Below are positions 25,058-40,169 of a stretch of DNA of 64,000 nt, one piece after another (the stretch's first letter is position 1; each line of letters begins with the position of its first letter). The notes beneath the pieces were generated by a model. It saw only the letters and a list, made by a program, of their open reading frames with translations. It did no database searches and was not told the DNA's origin. A program made the translations under genes and the position numbers. Location: NCBI GenBank assembly GCA_951406725.2, contig OX597822.1, forward strand, positions 74,338,001 through 74,402,000, read 5' to 3'. The stretch is from Octopus vulgaris (lineage: Eukaryota).

Positions 25058-25255
25058 TTTATTCTTTTATTTGTTTCAGTGCTGGAACACTGCCTTTTAA
25101 TAGAATAAATCGATCCCAGGACTTATTCTTTGTAAGCCTGGTACTTATTCTATCGGTCATTTTTGCCGAACCACTAAGTTACTGGGACGTAAACACACCA
25201 ACATCGGTTGTCAAGCGATGGTGAAGAGACAAACTCAGACACACAAACATATACA

Positions 25256-25290
<35 letters not shown>

Positions 25291-25451
25291 CGGGCTTCTT
25301 TCAGTTTCCGTCTATCAAATCCACTCACAAGGCTTTGGTCAGCCCGAGGCTATAGTAGAAGACACTTGCTCAAGGTGCCACGAAGTGTGGCTGAACTCGG
25401 AACCATGTGGTAGGTAAGGAAGCTACTTATCACACATTCACTCCTGCGCCT
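25058..25451 (-). mobile_element. SINE family B
   Basis: Reverse complement of the family B consensus seen in this window, ending CTCCTGCGCC. Confidence 0.8.
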
Positions 25452-25521
25452 AATCAATTTCTATTAATCTTATCTCCATCTTCTCTCTTGGTTTTTATAA
25501 TAATATGTGTGTGTGTGTGAG

Positions 25522-25585
<64 letters not shown>

Positions 25586-26247
25586 CGTGTGTGTGTGTGC
25601 GCGTGTGTGTGTGTGTGTGTTGGTGTGTTTACATCCCCATAACTCTTCATGGCCACAGTTAAATGACTGAAACAAGTAAATGAATAAAAGGAAAGAATAA
25701 AAGAGTATTCTTTATATCCATGGATAAGGTAGCTATGTTGATGTGTACGAGAACGTAAACCCGTATAAAAAATACGCAGCCTCTCAGCACGGTCATGAAA
25801 AAACAAGCAACAATCAGAGCATTGTGGGTAGTCGTCGGGGTGATTTCTTACTGTGCAAGTAGAATCTTCGACTGATCGCAGACCTATGTTATCACAGATC
25901 AATCCGTGATAAGCGTAACATAGTCAACAACTGAGCGTACCGTGTTTTAATCCTGGATCAGTGATGAATGAACTAGAGCTAAACGAGGATATATCTAATA
26001 TATTCATGGTAGGACAGGTAAGACGAGATAAACTAAAATAGCGGGAGTAGAAGGTGGAGAAAGAGAACGTACGTCTGTAATAAGGAAAAAAAAGAAAGAA
26101 AAAGAAAGAGAAGAATGCATGAATGAAAGAGGGATGGATACATGGGGAGAGAAGGAGAGGAAGAAGGTTTTTTTTTCTTATTGAAAGCAGTATCTTAGTA
26201 TGAACAAGGTGTCTTTCTTGTTTGTTTGTCTCGCTTGTTTATATATG

Positions 26248-26287
<40 letters not shown>

Positions 26288-26352
26288 CACACACACACAC
26301 ATACACACACACAGATATACATATACATATGTATATGTATATACATATATAC

Positions 26353-26434
<82 letters not shown>

Positions 26435-26463
26435 TGTGTGTATATATACACATACATACATGC

Positions 26464-26547
<84 letters not shown>

Positions 26548-26919
26548 TCATATATATATATATATATATATATAAAGTCAGGTGCTCTCTATCTCGGACT
26601 TCAAGAGTATACAATCTCCGTTTCCAAAAGAAAATAAAAGCGAAAACGAAAGAAACTAGCAAACAAACAATGAAGGCTGGGAAAGATAAAATGGAAGATA
26701 AATTAAAAGTTGAAATGATATCTGGAGTAATCATTACTGTATTGCAATATATGCAGAAATCTTAGACTACATCCAGGGAAAACTTGGTTGATTGATATAA
26801 AGCCCACTCGCACACACACTGCAACCACCAGCCCACTGACCTGCTCTCTCTTCTTTTTTTTCTCCCTTCTAGTTTTTCCATCACTATAATAATAACGCGC
26901 TTCTGAGAATATGCTAGAG

Positions 26920-27467
26920 CAAGAGACTCCTAACTATGAATCACGGCCAGGCCAGGTCAGGCCCACGCGGTTAGTTCATCCAGCCCGTTGCCACCACGTT
27001 GTACCTTTTGTGTAAGTACCTGCAATGAAAATTCATTTGCCTCTGGTATGGCATCGGCGTTTGGAACAACTTATGTCTGTGAGCAAACATTTTCAGAAAT
27101 GAAGTATGTGATGTCAACACATCAAACGAGGCTGACTGATGAACGTTTGAAAGCAATTCTCTTGGTTGGATGCAGCAATTCCAAACCAAATATAGATGAT
27201 ATCTTAAAAGCTGAACACCAGCTTAACAAATCTCACAAACCTTTTTTGCTGCTTAGTTTCTGAGATTCAGATATGTGTGCATTGGGTCTGATATAACTAT
27301 CTTATTAATAACGTCGCCTTCTTTGATAACTTTTTGGTAAATAAATATGTTGGTTGTCTTTATTTTTTGTATTCACTGTATTGTATTGAACAAAATGGTT
27401 TATGCGGCCCGTGCTCGTCATTTTCTCAATTATCTGGCCCACCGTGAAAAGAGTTTCGTGACCCGCG
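26920..27467 (+). mobile_element. Internally deleted hAT (Buster/Charlie-like) transposon
   Basis: The peptide FGTTYVCEQTFSEMKYVMSTHQTRLTDERL matches the hAT C-terminal dimerisation domain. It has degenerate TIRs and an 8-bp TSD-like TGCTAGAG (26912-26919) / CGCTAGAG (27468-27475). Confidence 0.8.
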
Positions 27468-28866
27468 CGCTAGAGGGAAGCGGAGGACAGACATGGAGTT
27501 TTTACACCTTTTATCATCAGAGAGAATTCTTTTTTCTCCATGGTAAAAGCAGTGAATTTGCCTTTGGTAGTTGAACTACGTAACAAACATACTTTAACTA
27601 ACCAAAAGTTCGTTTATCCCTAATTACTGTTTGGTGCTAATGCTGCTATTTTTATCCCGACCAAGCGGTCCAATAGCGCAACTTAGTCACTGGTGTTGAC
27701 TGTTTTTCTGTTCCAAATAGAGACCTGGAGGAGAGAGAGCATGTCATTGATGAGGTCGCGAATGGCGATGAAAGGACTTCGACAGATAACTGATTCTTTA
27801 ACCGAACGATTAAACAGATGATCGATTATACTTGGTCGGTTAAATAACTAACCGATTAACTAATAATACATAGGTGAAATTAAACTATTGGCGCTATGAT
27901 CCTCCTAAGACGCGGCAAAATTTGTTTCAAGACACGCGTTCACTTCAAGAATCTTGCAAACCAAATACAAAAGCGAAAGAATTTTGTAAAAGTTGACTCT
28001 TAGTTTCTTTAAATCATTTCCTCCTTTCTTCGACAGTTACTAACAATAACCGTTAGGCTTTTGTTTTCTTTCTCCGGTGAAGGAGAAATTTCAGTTCGTC
28101 CAAAATTTTTTTACTTCTGTAAATCATTGTGTGCATAAATTATTTAATTAAATTTATGCAATTGACCTGATTGGGTTATTTTCCTTACCACATTGCATGT
28201 TTATTTTTTTTATATTCATACACAGTTTCAGACGCACAAAGTTGTGACGTTCATGCACACACTAACATACACTCATATACACATACATACATACATACAT
28301 ACATACATACATACAGTCATGGACACACACAAAACAAATATACACTCTCAAACATACATTCACAAACACATACATTTATATGCAGATACAAAGATAGACA
28401 CACACACACAAACAGACAAAAGATATCACAAATACACAGATGCAAATACACTGCTTTAGAACACGCATATACACTGGGAGGTGTATAAATACAGATGCGT
28501 ATACAAGCGCACAATCATACACAATTGTGCACACACAAATGCACACACATGCATGCACACGTATATGTATACACACATGCGCACATTCATACACACATGC
28601 ATCAACATAAGATATGACCACTATGTGTAAAAAAGGGGTGGATACCTCACATCACTCTTTACTCACGCACATACACACACATGATGTACGCACACACTCA
28701 CACATACATACACCCACACACACACATATGTATATGTATATATATGCATGTATATATATATACACACACATGCATAAATATATCCATACATATATATATA
28801 TATCATACATATATATATGCATATATGTATATATACATATATATATATCATACATATATATATGCA

Positions 28867-28897
<31 letters not shown>

Positions 28898-28926
28898 CAT
28901 ACATATATATATGCATATATGTATAT

Positions 28927-29079
<153 letters not shown>

Positions 29080-29586
29080 CACACACTCTTAAGTACACAC
29101 AAAACACTACAGTCAGAGAGAAAGAAAGAGAGGAAGAAAGAAACCAATACTTAAACATACACACTAACACCTCTATCTTTGTTTCCCTTTCTTCCACTCT
29201 TTCGATCTTCCTCTCTCTCTTTCCCCCCCTCTCTCTCTCTTCTTTCTCCTTACTCTGTCTCTCTTCTCCTCTCCCCAGGGAGAGACGGACAGAGAGAAAG
29301 AGAAACAATATACATTACACTACCCAAGAATCTAAATTACAACATGCTCACGTCTGGATGGCATTTGAAATCTATTGAAAATAGCTACACTCTGTGTTAT
29401 AGGATAGTTAAAGACTATGAACTGTGTGTGTGCGTGTGTAGGGGTGAGTCGGTGTGCGCGCGTGCAGAGAGGCAGACAAGCTGACGGATGGACGACGGAT
29501 GGATAGACAAATACAAATAGAGAGATAGAGGGGGTGGGGGGAGACTGAGAAATAGACAGACAGACAGACAGGTAGATAGATAGATC

Positions 29587-29698
<112 letters not shown>

Positions 29699-29768
29699 CA
29701 GACGGACGGATGGACGGACAGACAGACGGATCGATAGATGGATGGATGGTCAGATGGATAGATAGATG

Positions 29769-29837
<69 letters not shown>

Positions 29838-29879
29838 GCAGGCAGGCAGGCAGACAGACAGACAGACCGACAGGCAGGC

Positions 29880-30003
<124 letters not shown>

Positions 30004-30133
30004 GTACATTCTAGTGCGGCGTGTTTATATGTATGCCAAATACAAATTTAAACAGAGGAGGAGAGGAAGAAAGAGAGAGAGATACAGGGTGGCTGAGCAA
30101 TGTTTGTTCCTGTGCATGTGTGTGTGTGTGTGT

Positions 30134-30310
30134 GGACAGATAAAGCGTTTCGAGGATGCACTCAAAACCACACTGAAGAGCTTTAGGCTCAAACCCGACA
30201 CCGCGGAAACGCAAGCGCAAGACCGCCCTGCCTGGCGAAACTTCACCCTCAAAGGCGTCATGTTCTTACGAACAGAACAGGTTTGCAGGGACACAAAGAA
30301 AATGCGAACT
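30134..30310 (+). pseudogene. RTE-type LINE C-terminal fragment
   Basis: [17 protein letters not shown]...AQDRPAWR motif, typical of RTE ORF ends. Confidence 0.7.
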
Positions 30311-30628
30311 GTATTACGTATTATTATGTGTATGTGTGTATAAATATATAAATATGTGTGTGTGTGTGTGCGTATGTATTTATATATATATATATAAATA
30401 CACATATATATACATATATATATATGTGTGTGTGTGTATATATACACACATAATATATATACATATATATATATGTTTGTATGTATACATATATATATAT
30501 GCATACAAATATGTATGTATTTATGTATGTATATATGTATATATGTATATATTTGTAATATATATATATGAGCATATATATACATATATCTACACACACA
30601 CACATATATACATATATATATATGTATG

Positions 30629-30660
<32 letters not shown>

Positions 30661-30851
30661 TATATATATATACATTTATATGTGTATGTACATATATATA
30701 TATATATAAATTAATAAATAAAATAAAACATATGCATATATACATACATATATGTACGTACCTACCTCTACATGTATATATACATGCATATATGAGTACA
30801 GGACACAAAAAGAACGTCGAACACACGCACTCACACACACACACACATATT

Positions 30852-30897
<46 letters not shown>

Positions 30898-31540
30898 TGT
30901 GTACATATGTATGTACACATGCATGTATGTATTCATATATAAAAGCAGAGGGGTAAGAACGAGATACTTTTTATCTGTCAATGTGAAACAGAACGCGTGC
31001 ATAGTTGTCTTCCTTACACACTGATGAAAAAATAACATCAGTTATCCAATAATATTATTTTTCTTTTACCGCATGCCTGAATATACTTTAGCATTTTAAT
31101 GTTTTACTCATTAAATATATTTCGCCTCAACACAACTGTCGTATTATCATTCCGATAACGTCACACGAAGATTTATTTTGTTACCATTTCTATTATTCTA
31201 CGTCAACAAATAAAAGATTCTGTAAGTTGACTTAGTGATTCGCTAACACAACAGCAAATTATGAGAAATGCTGCACTCCGCTGAAAAGCCCCAGAACAAA
31301 GGTGAAATGTCCTTGAGATTCTCTTTCGTATATGCCGATGGAAAATATATTGTCAACAAATTTTCCTTTTATTTATTTATTTATTTATTTATTTATTTTT
31401 GTTTCATTGTAGGGCATATATGAATGTCTGAAGTGATCTTCTTGTAGTTTATAATTAATAAGAGTTTATTATTAGCAGTAATTCATTATTTATTCTCGTA
31501 ATTCAATAGTTAGTGTGTGTGTATGTGTGTGTGTGTATGT

Positions 31541-31611
<71 letters not shown>

Positions 31612-31771
31612 TGTGTTTGTTGTAAGTGCCATAAAGGCCTAGCGCTTCGATTTCGTGCGAACGTACTTGTCCAACTTTAATTTGCCTATACAGACAGACG
31701 GACGGTCGGACAGACGGACGGACGGACAGACGGACAGACGGACAGACAGACAGAAAGACAGACTAACAGGC

Positions 31772-31855
<84 letters not shown>

Positions 31856-33199
31856 TGATAGATTTATAGATAGATAGATTGATAGATAGATATACATTAA
31901 ATTTACCCGGAACCGAAATCCCACTCTGCATAGTCATCACTCCATGTAGAATGATATTTTCTATTCATTTTCTTCTTTAGTATATCATGGAATCGATTTT
32001 GATATATTTTGTTTTTTCTTAAACATTTCAATTGTTTTATTTTTATCTAAATCACTTTTTTTTTCATTGTTGTTCCTCTTCATTTTGTACTTTATCATCT
32101 ACTTATGTAGAAAAACGAGTTTGTTTATGTGTATGTGAGTGCGTGAATGTGTGTGCGCGCGCGCGGTCGTATGCGATACAGAAGGCGGCGACTTGTTACG
32201 AGATTTCAGTCGCTTCTTCCGGTTTGTCAGCTGATAAAATTCTGGTATGACGATGAACTATATATGTGGTATTCATGTGGATGGAATACTATGTTGTAAT
32301 TACAGAGATATAATTTATTTTCATGACGTCTCTTAGATATTAGCTCAGTTTTTCTATTTAAAATATTTATTGTGTTTAAGTATGTAGGTATTATATGGGT
32401 GTGTGTGCTTATATATATATATATGATTATATGCGCATGTATCACTTTGGGGTCTGGAGACATTTAATCAGTACTATTATATGATAAATTATTGATGTGC
32501 ATATTAGTATTACTGGGAAAGTTAGAATCAGAGACGGATTAAGAAACAGATTAAGAAAAGGGGATAGATAAACATGGAAAACAGACAAACAGTCATAAAC
32601 CAAGCAGAATCGAGGAAGCAAGTAAATAGGCAGAGAAAGTGAATAAGGTAAAACAGCCAAAAAAGAGTAACCATTCTATTGACCTTATCAGAAACTAAAT
32701 TTTTGATAACAAGGTCGCCAAGTTTTATACTGCAACCATTTAAGCAAGCTTTCAAATTTCCAATGTTTCCTGCCACCCGATTTCTATAACATTGTAACAA
32801 TTATTTTGCAACGTCTGATTTCTGTAATTGACCGGAAACTCTTCAGATCCGTTTTGTTATGGATGGAACCGATTCAGACAACAGCATCTTAAATAGATCG
32901 AGGAGCCCAAGCTTAAGAGATAGAAGGTCCCAAACGGCAGGAGGTTGTTTCGTTTCTTTCTTTTTTATTTCTCATTTGGTTCATCTGCTGTTCGTGCCTG
33001 ATGGAGATTCACGTTCCTGGCAGGGGTTAAATAGTATGGAAGAGTTCTTCACTTGAGCGTTCTCGAATAAGATGAAGAAATAAAAGATTTAAATAAAAAA
33101 TAATAATAAACATATGCAAAAGGTGATATAATATTCTCATGATGCTTCGCTATAAAAGTTCGTATGATCTAACGTAAAAATCAGGAAATTCAACATACA

Positions 33200-33249
<50 letters not shown>

Positions 33250-33291
33250 CACATATGCACATGCAGACGCACGCAACCACACACACACATG

Positions 33292-33322
<31 letters not shown>

Positions 33323-33428
33323 GTATGTATATATATGTATATGTATATATATATATGTATATATATACATATATATATATATATAGACATATACATATAT
33401 ATATATATACATACATATAAATATATAC

Positions 33429-33472
<44 letters not shown>

Positions 33473-33538
33473 ACATGTATTCATACATATATACTACATA
33501 CATATATATTAACGCACACACAGATATATAAGTTTATG

Positions 33539-33644
<106 letters not shown>

Positions 33645-34042
33645 TATTATATGCATGTATGTATATATATATATATACATACACACACATATACATATAT
33701 ACAGATATGCAGAAGTGTGTGTGTATAGAGAGAGAGAGATAAAGGTAGCTATAGTGCAAATATTAAAAGCGAAGAAGATGAAAATTATTTCAACATATTA
33801 CAAATATATAACAATGAGAAACATGTGATAAGAAAACATGCCGAATGAATTCAGTTCTGGTACGACGGCCTGGAATGAAGAGGTTTTCGGGAAAATCTGA
33901 ATTTACCGATAACACCTCGTATCCATTATGTCCGCCTGTTGGAAAACATTTCCTACCCGAACCTCATGCCCATTTTCCCTCTCTCTCTCTCACCCTTTCC
34001 ATCTTTCTGTCATTTCTCCTCTTTTTCACTCTGTCTTCGTTG

Positions 34043-34108
<66 letters not shown>

Positions 34109-34180
34109 GCCTTTCTTCTTTTTCCTTCTGTATATATAGAGATGTATGTGTATACGTATGTATACACATTCATGTTTGTG

Positions 34181-34219
<39 letters not shown>

Positions 34220-34242
34220 ATATATTCTTTTATTGTTTTATT

Positions 34243-34463
34243 CTTTTATTTCTTTCAGTCATTTGACTGCGGCCATGCTGGAGCACCGCCTTTAGTCGAG
34301 CAAATCGACGCCAAGACTTATTCTTTTTAAGTCTAGTACTTATTCTCTTTTGCCCGAACCGCTCAGTTACGGGGACATAAACACACCAGCATCGGATGTC
34401 AGGTGACGTTGGGGGGACAAACACAGACACACAAACATATACATACATACATATATGTATGTG

Positions 34464-34551
<88 letters not shown>

Positions 34552-34697
34552 ACGGCTTTCTTTCATTTTCCGTCTGCCAAATCCACTCACAAGGCTTTGG
34601 TAGGCCCGAGACTACAGTTGAAGACACATGCCCAAGGTGCCATGCAGTGGGACTGAACCCAGGACCATGTGGTTGGTAAGCAAACTACTTACCACAC
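34243..34697 (-). mobile_element. SINE family B with an expanded internal (TA)n; an inverted tail fragment lies at 35105-35240
   Basis: Match to family B head and tail. Confidence 0.8.
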
Positions 34698-34713
34698 ACG
34701 TTTATGTATACAT

Positions 34714-34776
<63 letters not shown>

Positions 34777-35020
34777 CTAAAAGACAGGCAAACAGACACA
34801 GACAGGCAAACAGACACAGACAAACAGACAGACAGATTCAGATTGATAGATAAATTGATAGATAGAAAGATAGATATGGAAGGTTGGATGAATAAGCATT
34901 TATATGTCTGCATATCTGCGTGTAAGTGTTGTGCATATCTATATGCATATACAGATATTGATATACGCGTTTGTACACATAAAGTTGTGTGTATACGCAT
35001 ACACTATACACACGCACACA

Positions 35021-35080
<60 letters not shown>

Positions 35081-35314
35081 GACACTCAGATTAGAAAAAA
35101 AAAAGTTCGGCAAAGAGAACGAGAGAATGAGTACTAGGCTTTAAACTAAGTCCTGAGATCGAATTGTTCGACAAAAGCATTTCAAAGCGGTGTTCCAGCA
35201 TGACCGCAGTCAAATGACTAAAACAAGTAAACGAATAAAAGATTAAAAGAATGTGTGTGTGTGTGTGTGTGTGTGTGTGTCTATACTTACATGCATACAG
35301 ACAACAGGCAGGTA

Positions 35315-35398
<84 letters not shown>

Positions 35399-36022
35399 CA
35401 GCAGCAGCAGCAGTAACAGCCACATATTATGATTACCGTGGGGTCAAGTCTAATAACAAATCGAGCTAATAACAAAAGAATTTAGGACGCACAGACTGAT
35501 TACGTTCTCGTGATTATAATAAGCGGCTTCCTCTGAATATATGTATATATATGTACGAGTGCATGTATGTATGTATGTATGTATGTATATCTGTGTTTGT
35601 GCCTATGTGTGTGAGTATAAGTAAATACGTACGTAAACACACACACACATTTTAAACTCTGGCGAAATGAAGAACCAGATAAGAGTTCCATTGTATTGGA
35701 CATCATTATTGACTTTAAGAAAAAGTTTCCATATTTTATTAGCATTTTGGCGCCTCTAAAGATATATGGAATATCTTTGGTTGTTATTCTTGCTCCCTAT
35801 TCTTCGCAATAACATCACTCACTTCTCTCCACGCCGTCCTAACAGTATTTAGTTGGCTGCAGTAAAAACAAATCTATTATTTTTCAGTATAGATATGAAG
35901 AAGGCTTTGCGAATGAACAGTGTTAAATTTCTAATTGTATACACACTATAAGATTTCATTAATTAATTCCTATACATATATATTGACTCTCAGTACGAGA
36001 GTTTATATACGTGCGTATGAAG

Positions 36023-36200
36023 ATGGCGAACTGGCAGAAGCGTTAGCACGCTGAGAAAAATGCTTACCGGTATTTCGTCTGTCTTTATGCTGTGGTTCAA
36101 ATCCCACCATTGTCGACTTGGCATTTCGTGTTTTCAGGGTGGATAAAATAAGTACCAGTTTAGCACTGTTGCCGGTGTAATCGACTTACTCCTTTCCCTA
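36023..36200 (+). mobile_element. SINE family A, diverged
   Basis: GAACTGGCAGAAGCGTTAGCAC...GGTTCAAATCCC...AAGTACCAG. Confidence 0.7.
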
Positions 36201-36226
36201 AAGTTGTTATAGTAATGATAACAAAA

Positions 36227-36288
<62 letters not shown>

Positions 36289-36291
36289 CAA

Positions 36292-36878
36292 AATGCTCTG
36301 ATGCAGTACCAGACAGTGGCTTATGCCCTGATGCAGTACCAGTCAGTGGCTCTCGTGGCTTCTGATCTTAACTGATTGGAAGTGTTATCATGTACCTTGT
36401 TTTGTCTTGGTATAAAGGATGGGCTACAGCAAATATTCTGATCAATACCACAGATTTGCCTGTCAGTTGTTTGACCATAACCAGTTGAGCATGTTCCTTA
36501 GTGGCTGACGATATGTTCATCTCAGATCACGAGTAGATGTAGTAGAGGAGTATCATAGGCGTGTGTTGAGAAGGATTCTTTGGGGTTTGAATAATTCACC
36601 GCTGGAAACATGGGTATTTCGTTCAACATCCTTAAACAACCCTTATTCAGGGACCTTTTGAGCGGAATGGGTTACTCGACCAGCAGAAAATTCTAACAGG
36701 GCCCCACCTGCAAGGTCATATGCTGTTTATCTTGATATAAGCTCACCATGTCGCGCACATATGGTTGTGATGCATGTGCCTAGTGTACCCTTATCAGACG
36801 GGTAGTCATGATGGGTATACTGGAATTCGTATATTTTACCCCAGTGTCACTTTGATGGCATGCACTGCTCTCTCACTC
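36292..36878 (+). mobile_element. Non-coding repeat family E inserted in (TAA)n
   Basis: A second copy in the opposite orientation lies at 48444-48960. Both are bounded by (TAA)n/(TTA)n on each side. Confidence 0.8.
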
Positions 36879-36942
<64 letters not shown>

Positions 36943-37225
36943 TGACAGGTTAGCTTGGGAAATTAAGCAGTTGTAGTCGATGAAAAAGGTAGCAGTAGTA
37001 CCAATAATTGTCGGAGCCCTGGGAACAGTGAGCAAAAATCTCGAGAAGTACGTGGGATAAATAAGGGTTGCAATAAGGGTGGAGCACTTGCAGAAAACAG
37101 CACTGCTTGGAACCGCTCGAATATTCCGGAATGTGCTCGGATAATAAGAGGTGTTACTTTAGTTCACTGGTAGTGAACAGGTGACACCGTAGTATATCTC
37201 CAGCGTTAGAAGCTGTGCAAAGGTA
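36943..37225 (+). mobile_element. R4/Dong-like non-LTR retrotransposon 3' tip in (TAA)n
   Basis: Translates VVPIIVGALGTVSKNLEKY...LQKTALLGTARIFR (REL endonuclease C-terminus), with in-frame stops; TAA arrays flank it. Confidence 0.75.
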
Positions 37226-37511
37226 ATGATAATAATAATAATAAGAGGAAGAAGAATATTATTGCGGAGGTGGTAGAGAAAAAGGAAGCATTGGGGAAGA
37301 AGGCAGTGGATTGGGGGATATTATAGTATTGTATACAAATTATATAATGATATTAAATATCAAATGATTCATGGTATATATAAATTATATAAAATATTAT
37401 ATATTATAAATTATATAAAATACTTATTTATACATAAAAATAGTGGTGGGGTGCTGAGGGTATTATGTGGCCATGAGTGGGGCGGTGGCCCAAAATGTTT
37501 GAGAACCTCTG

Positions 37512-37818
37512 ACCTACAGCATCATCACCGTAAACTTCACAAATGTTTTTGCAAGTCTTTGCAGCGTTTTTTTCTCCTTTTTTAATAAAAAAATAAAGCA
37601 TTACAACGCGAATATGAAATTTTTGGTTATCCATTTCAAATGTCAATAAAGGATAATCGGAATGAAAGATAAATCTATTATTAGTCCCGAACAAATAAGA
37701 GATGCACTACCACTTCAAGCAACGCCGAAGTTTTAACTGTCTTACGTTTCAGGTATGTTCAATGAAGCGTTAAAATATTTAGCTTAAAAACGCTCAGAAC
37801 TTTCCGGACAACCTAATA
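37512..37818 (-). mobile_element. Mariner 5' fragment
   Basis: TIR-like TATTAGGTTGTCCGGAAAG and an HTH peptide HIRVVMLYFF..KNAAKTCKNICEVYGDDAV. Confidence 0.7.
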
Positions 37819-37929
37819 CATCTTACTCATAAACAGAACCCGAACGATCGCTTGGAGATATATGGCGAGATTTATTAATCTTTTAGCCCGAAACTATTCA
37901 TTTGTAGTTCTTTCGTAGCTGTGTATTAA

Positions 37930-38040
<111 letters not shown>

Positions 38041-38204
38041 TGTATGTATGTATGTATGTATGTATATACGGTTGCGGTCAAAATGTTCAGAACGGCATTG
38101 GCTTCGTCAGAAAAGTAGGTATATTTTTTTATCAAAGTTGTTTTATATTCTATAATTTTTACAGACCATAAATACAATATTATTTGTTATAATCATATGA
38201 CCGC

Positions 38205-38267
<63 letters not shown>

Positions 38268-38270
<3 letters not shown>

Positions 38271-38797
38271 CCTTAAAATCCTTTAAAATGTTTTAGCCCG
38301 GAGGCCGCGACCATGCTGGGGCACCACCGCCGAATAAGCTACACTAATATGTGAATCCACCTCTGATACGTGTCACTTAATCAACAAGGGAGTTCGACGC
38401 TGCTGCCCGCATCTGCGTCTCCTGTCGTGAGGTAGGTTCATCTGGGACTCCCGACAAGAAGAGATCCAGTTTAGTTTTAAAGAAACCCACATCCACACCA
38501 TGTAAGTCTCTCAGGCATTTAGGGAGGATGTTAAAGAGCTGTGGTCCTCTGAAACCCAAGCTGTTGCAGTATCTGGACCTGTATTTTGACGGTGATGTTG
38601 GAATCTTTGGCACCATGCAGTGGCGCCCCGTTCTGTGGTTGGGGTAACTTTGAATGCCAAAGTTTGGGACAAGACCCTCCAGGATTTTCCAGATGTATAT
38701 CACCGCATATCTCTCCCGCCTCCGCTCTAGGGAGAAGAGGTTTAATACCTTCAGTCTTTCCCAGTAGCTGATATTTTGCATTGAGACGATTTTCTTT
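38268..38797 (-). mobile_element. CR1/L2-group LINE 3' end with 3' UTR
   Basis: YWERLKVLNLFSLERRRERY...GPQLFNILP...FKTKLDLFLSGVPDEP...NSL. The short 3' UTR ends in TTTTAAAGGA-type repeats. Confidence 0.8.
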
Positions 38798-39055
38798 GTG
38801 TATATATATATCTTTGATATTATGTTAAACTGTCGTATATCTAAATTTGGCCAAATGCATTTTTTTTTTTCAATATTTATTTTTGCTTGCAATAACCGGT
38901 TCTCTTGGTCAAACAATTGTATCTCCAGCTGCCAAGATATCAAAAATTGTCCAAGTGTAGTACAACTGTTTTGCTATGGAATGGTGAAACTATTTTTTTC
39001 ATTTTCTGAAAAAGCCACGTTTTGGACTTGCGACGCTTTTGCATAATAGCAACGA

Positions 39056-39130
<75 letters not shown>

Positions 39131-39294
39131 GTGTGTGTGTGTGTGTGTGCTTACATATATGCATACATACATACATATATATGATTATTTAAGTTTCTGT
39201 AACTTAACGGCACAGGAAAAGAGGCCGATTGTGTATCTTTAAAAGTAAGTGCTGAATCTGTAAATTATATGACTGCAGTCCAATGATTGAAAAA

Positions 39295-39650
39295 GGTAAG
39301 TTTGCTTTAGAACCTCTTTGTTCCGGGTTCGGTTTCACTGCGTGGTACCTTGCACATGTGTTACTAAAGCTTCGGGCCTACCAAGACCTTGTGAGTAGAT
39401 TTGATAGACGGAGACTAAAAGAAGTCCGTTGTACATATATGTATGTGTGGCGTGTATTTTTGTCCTCCACCACCGCTTGACAGCCGGTGTCGGTGTTTAC
39501 ATCCCTGTAACCTAGCGGTTCGACAGAAGAGCCCGATAGAATATGTACCAGACATTAACAAGAAAAAATTAAATATACCGGGATCGACTCATTCGACTAA
39601 AATTTCTTGTGCCCCAGCATGGCCACAATCTAATAACTGAAACAAGTGAA
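39295..39650 (+). mobile_element. SINE family B, diverged
   Basis: Recognisable head, CORE-like and tail segments. Confidence 0.65.
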
Positions 39651-39955
39651 AAAAAAAAAAAAGATTACGTATGTGAAACTAAGACATTTTTCTGTACCTC
39701 ACTCCTCTCGAGAAGGGACGGGGCCATAGCTTATTGTGTTTTTATGCAAAAGAATTCAGAAGATGGATGTCTGTCTACTGCAAAGAAAGAGAAGAATACA
39801 TTTGGAGATATTCTCAGTAAATATATCATCACGCTGCTGGAAACACGTGTCATGGGAGATAGATTGTTCTGGATGACAGGGTTTGGAAGTTTTGGGTGTG
39901 TCTGTACTCACAGGGAATAATCGACTTGGTTCTGTTCTGTTCTATGCGTCCGCAT

Positions 39956-39986
<31 letters not shown>

Positions 39987-40169
39987 GCAGGGCATAGGGT
40001 GAGAGGAGAGGGGGAAGATGGCGGAGTGATAGGAGGGGGAGAAAATGAGAACTAGAGAGGGGGGTGAGTGTGTTTATGGTTGAGTATCTGCAGAGTATGA
40101 GAATGACGAGTGTCATAATGAATGTATTTGAATTTGTTGGTGTTTGTTCGTGCGTATGTATGTGTGTAT

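Noticed and set aside
27130-27155. CTGATGA...GAAA match (also CTGAAGA near 30173 and TCATCAG near 10478 and 10856)
   Set aside because: These lie in hAT or RTE coding remnants, or lack pairable stems; chance matches.
38060-38115. CTGACGA on the minus strand next to a microsatellite
   Set aside because: It is followed by GCAAC rather than GAAAC, and stem II is weak.
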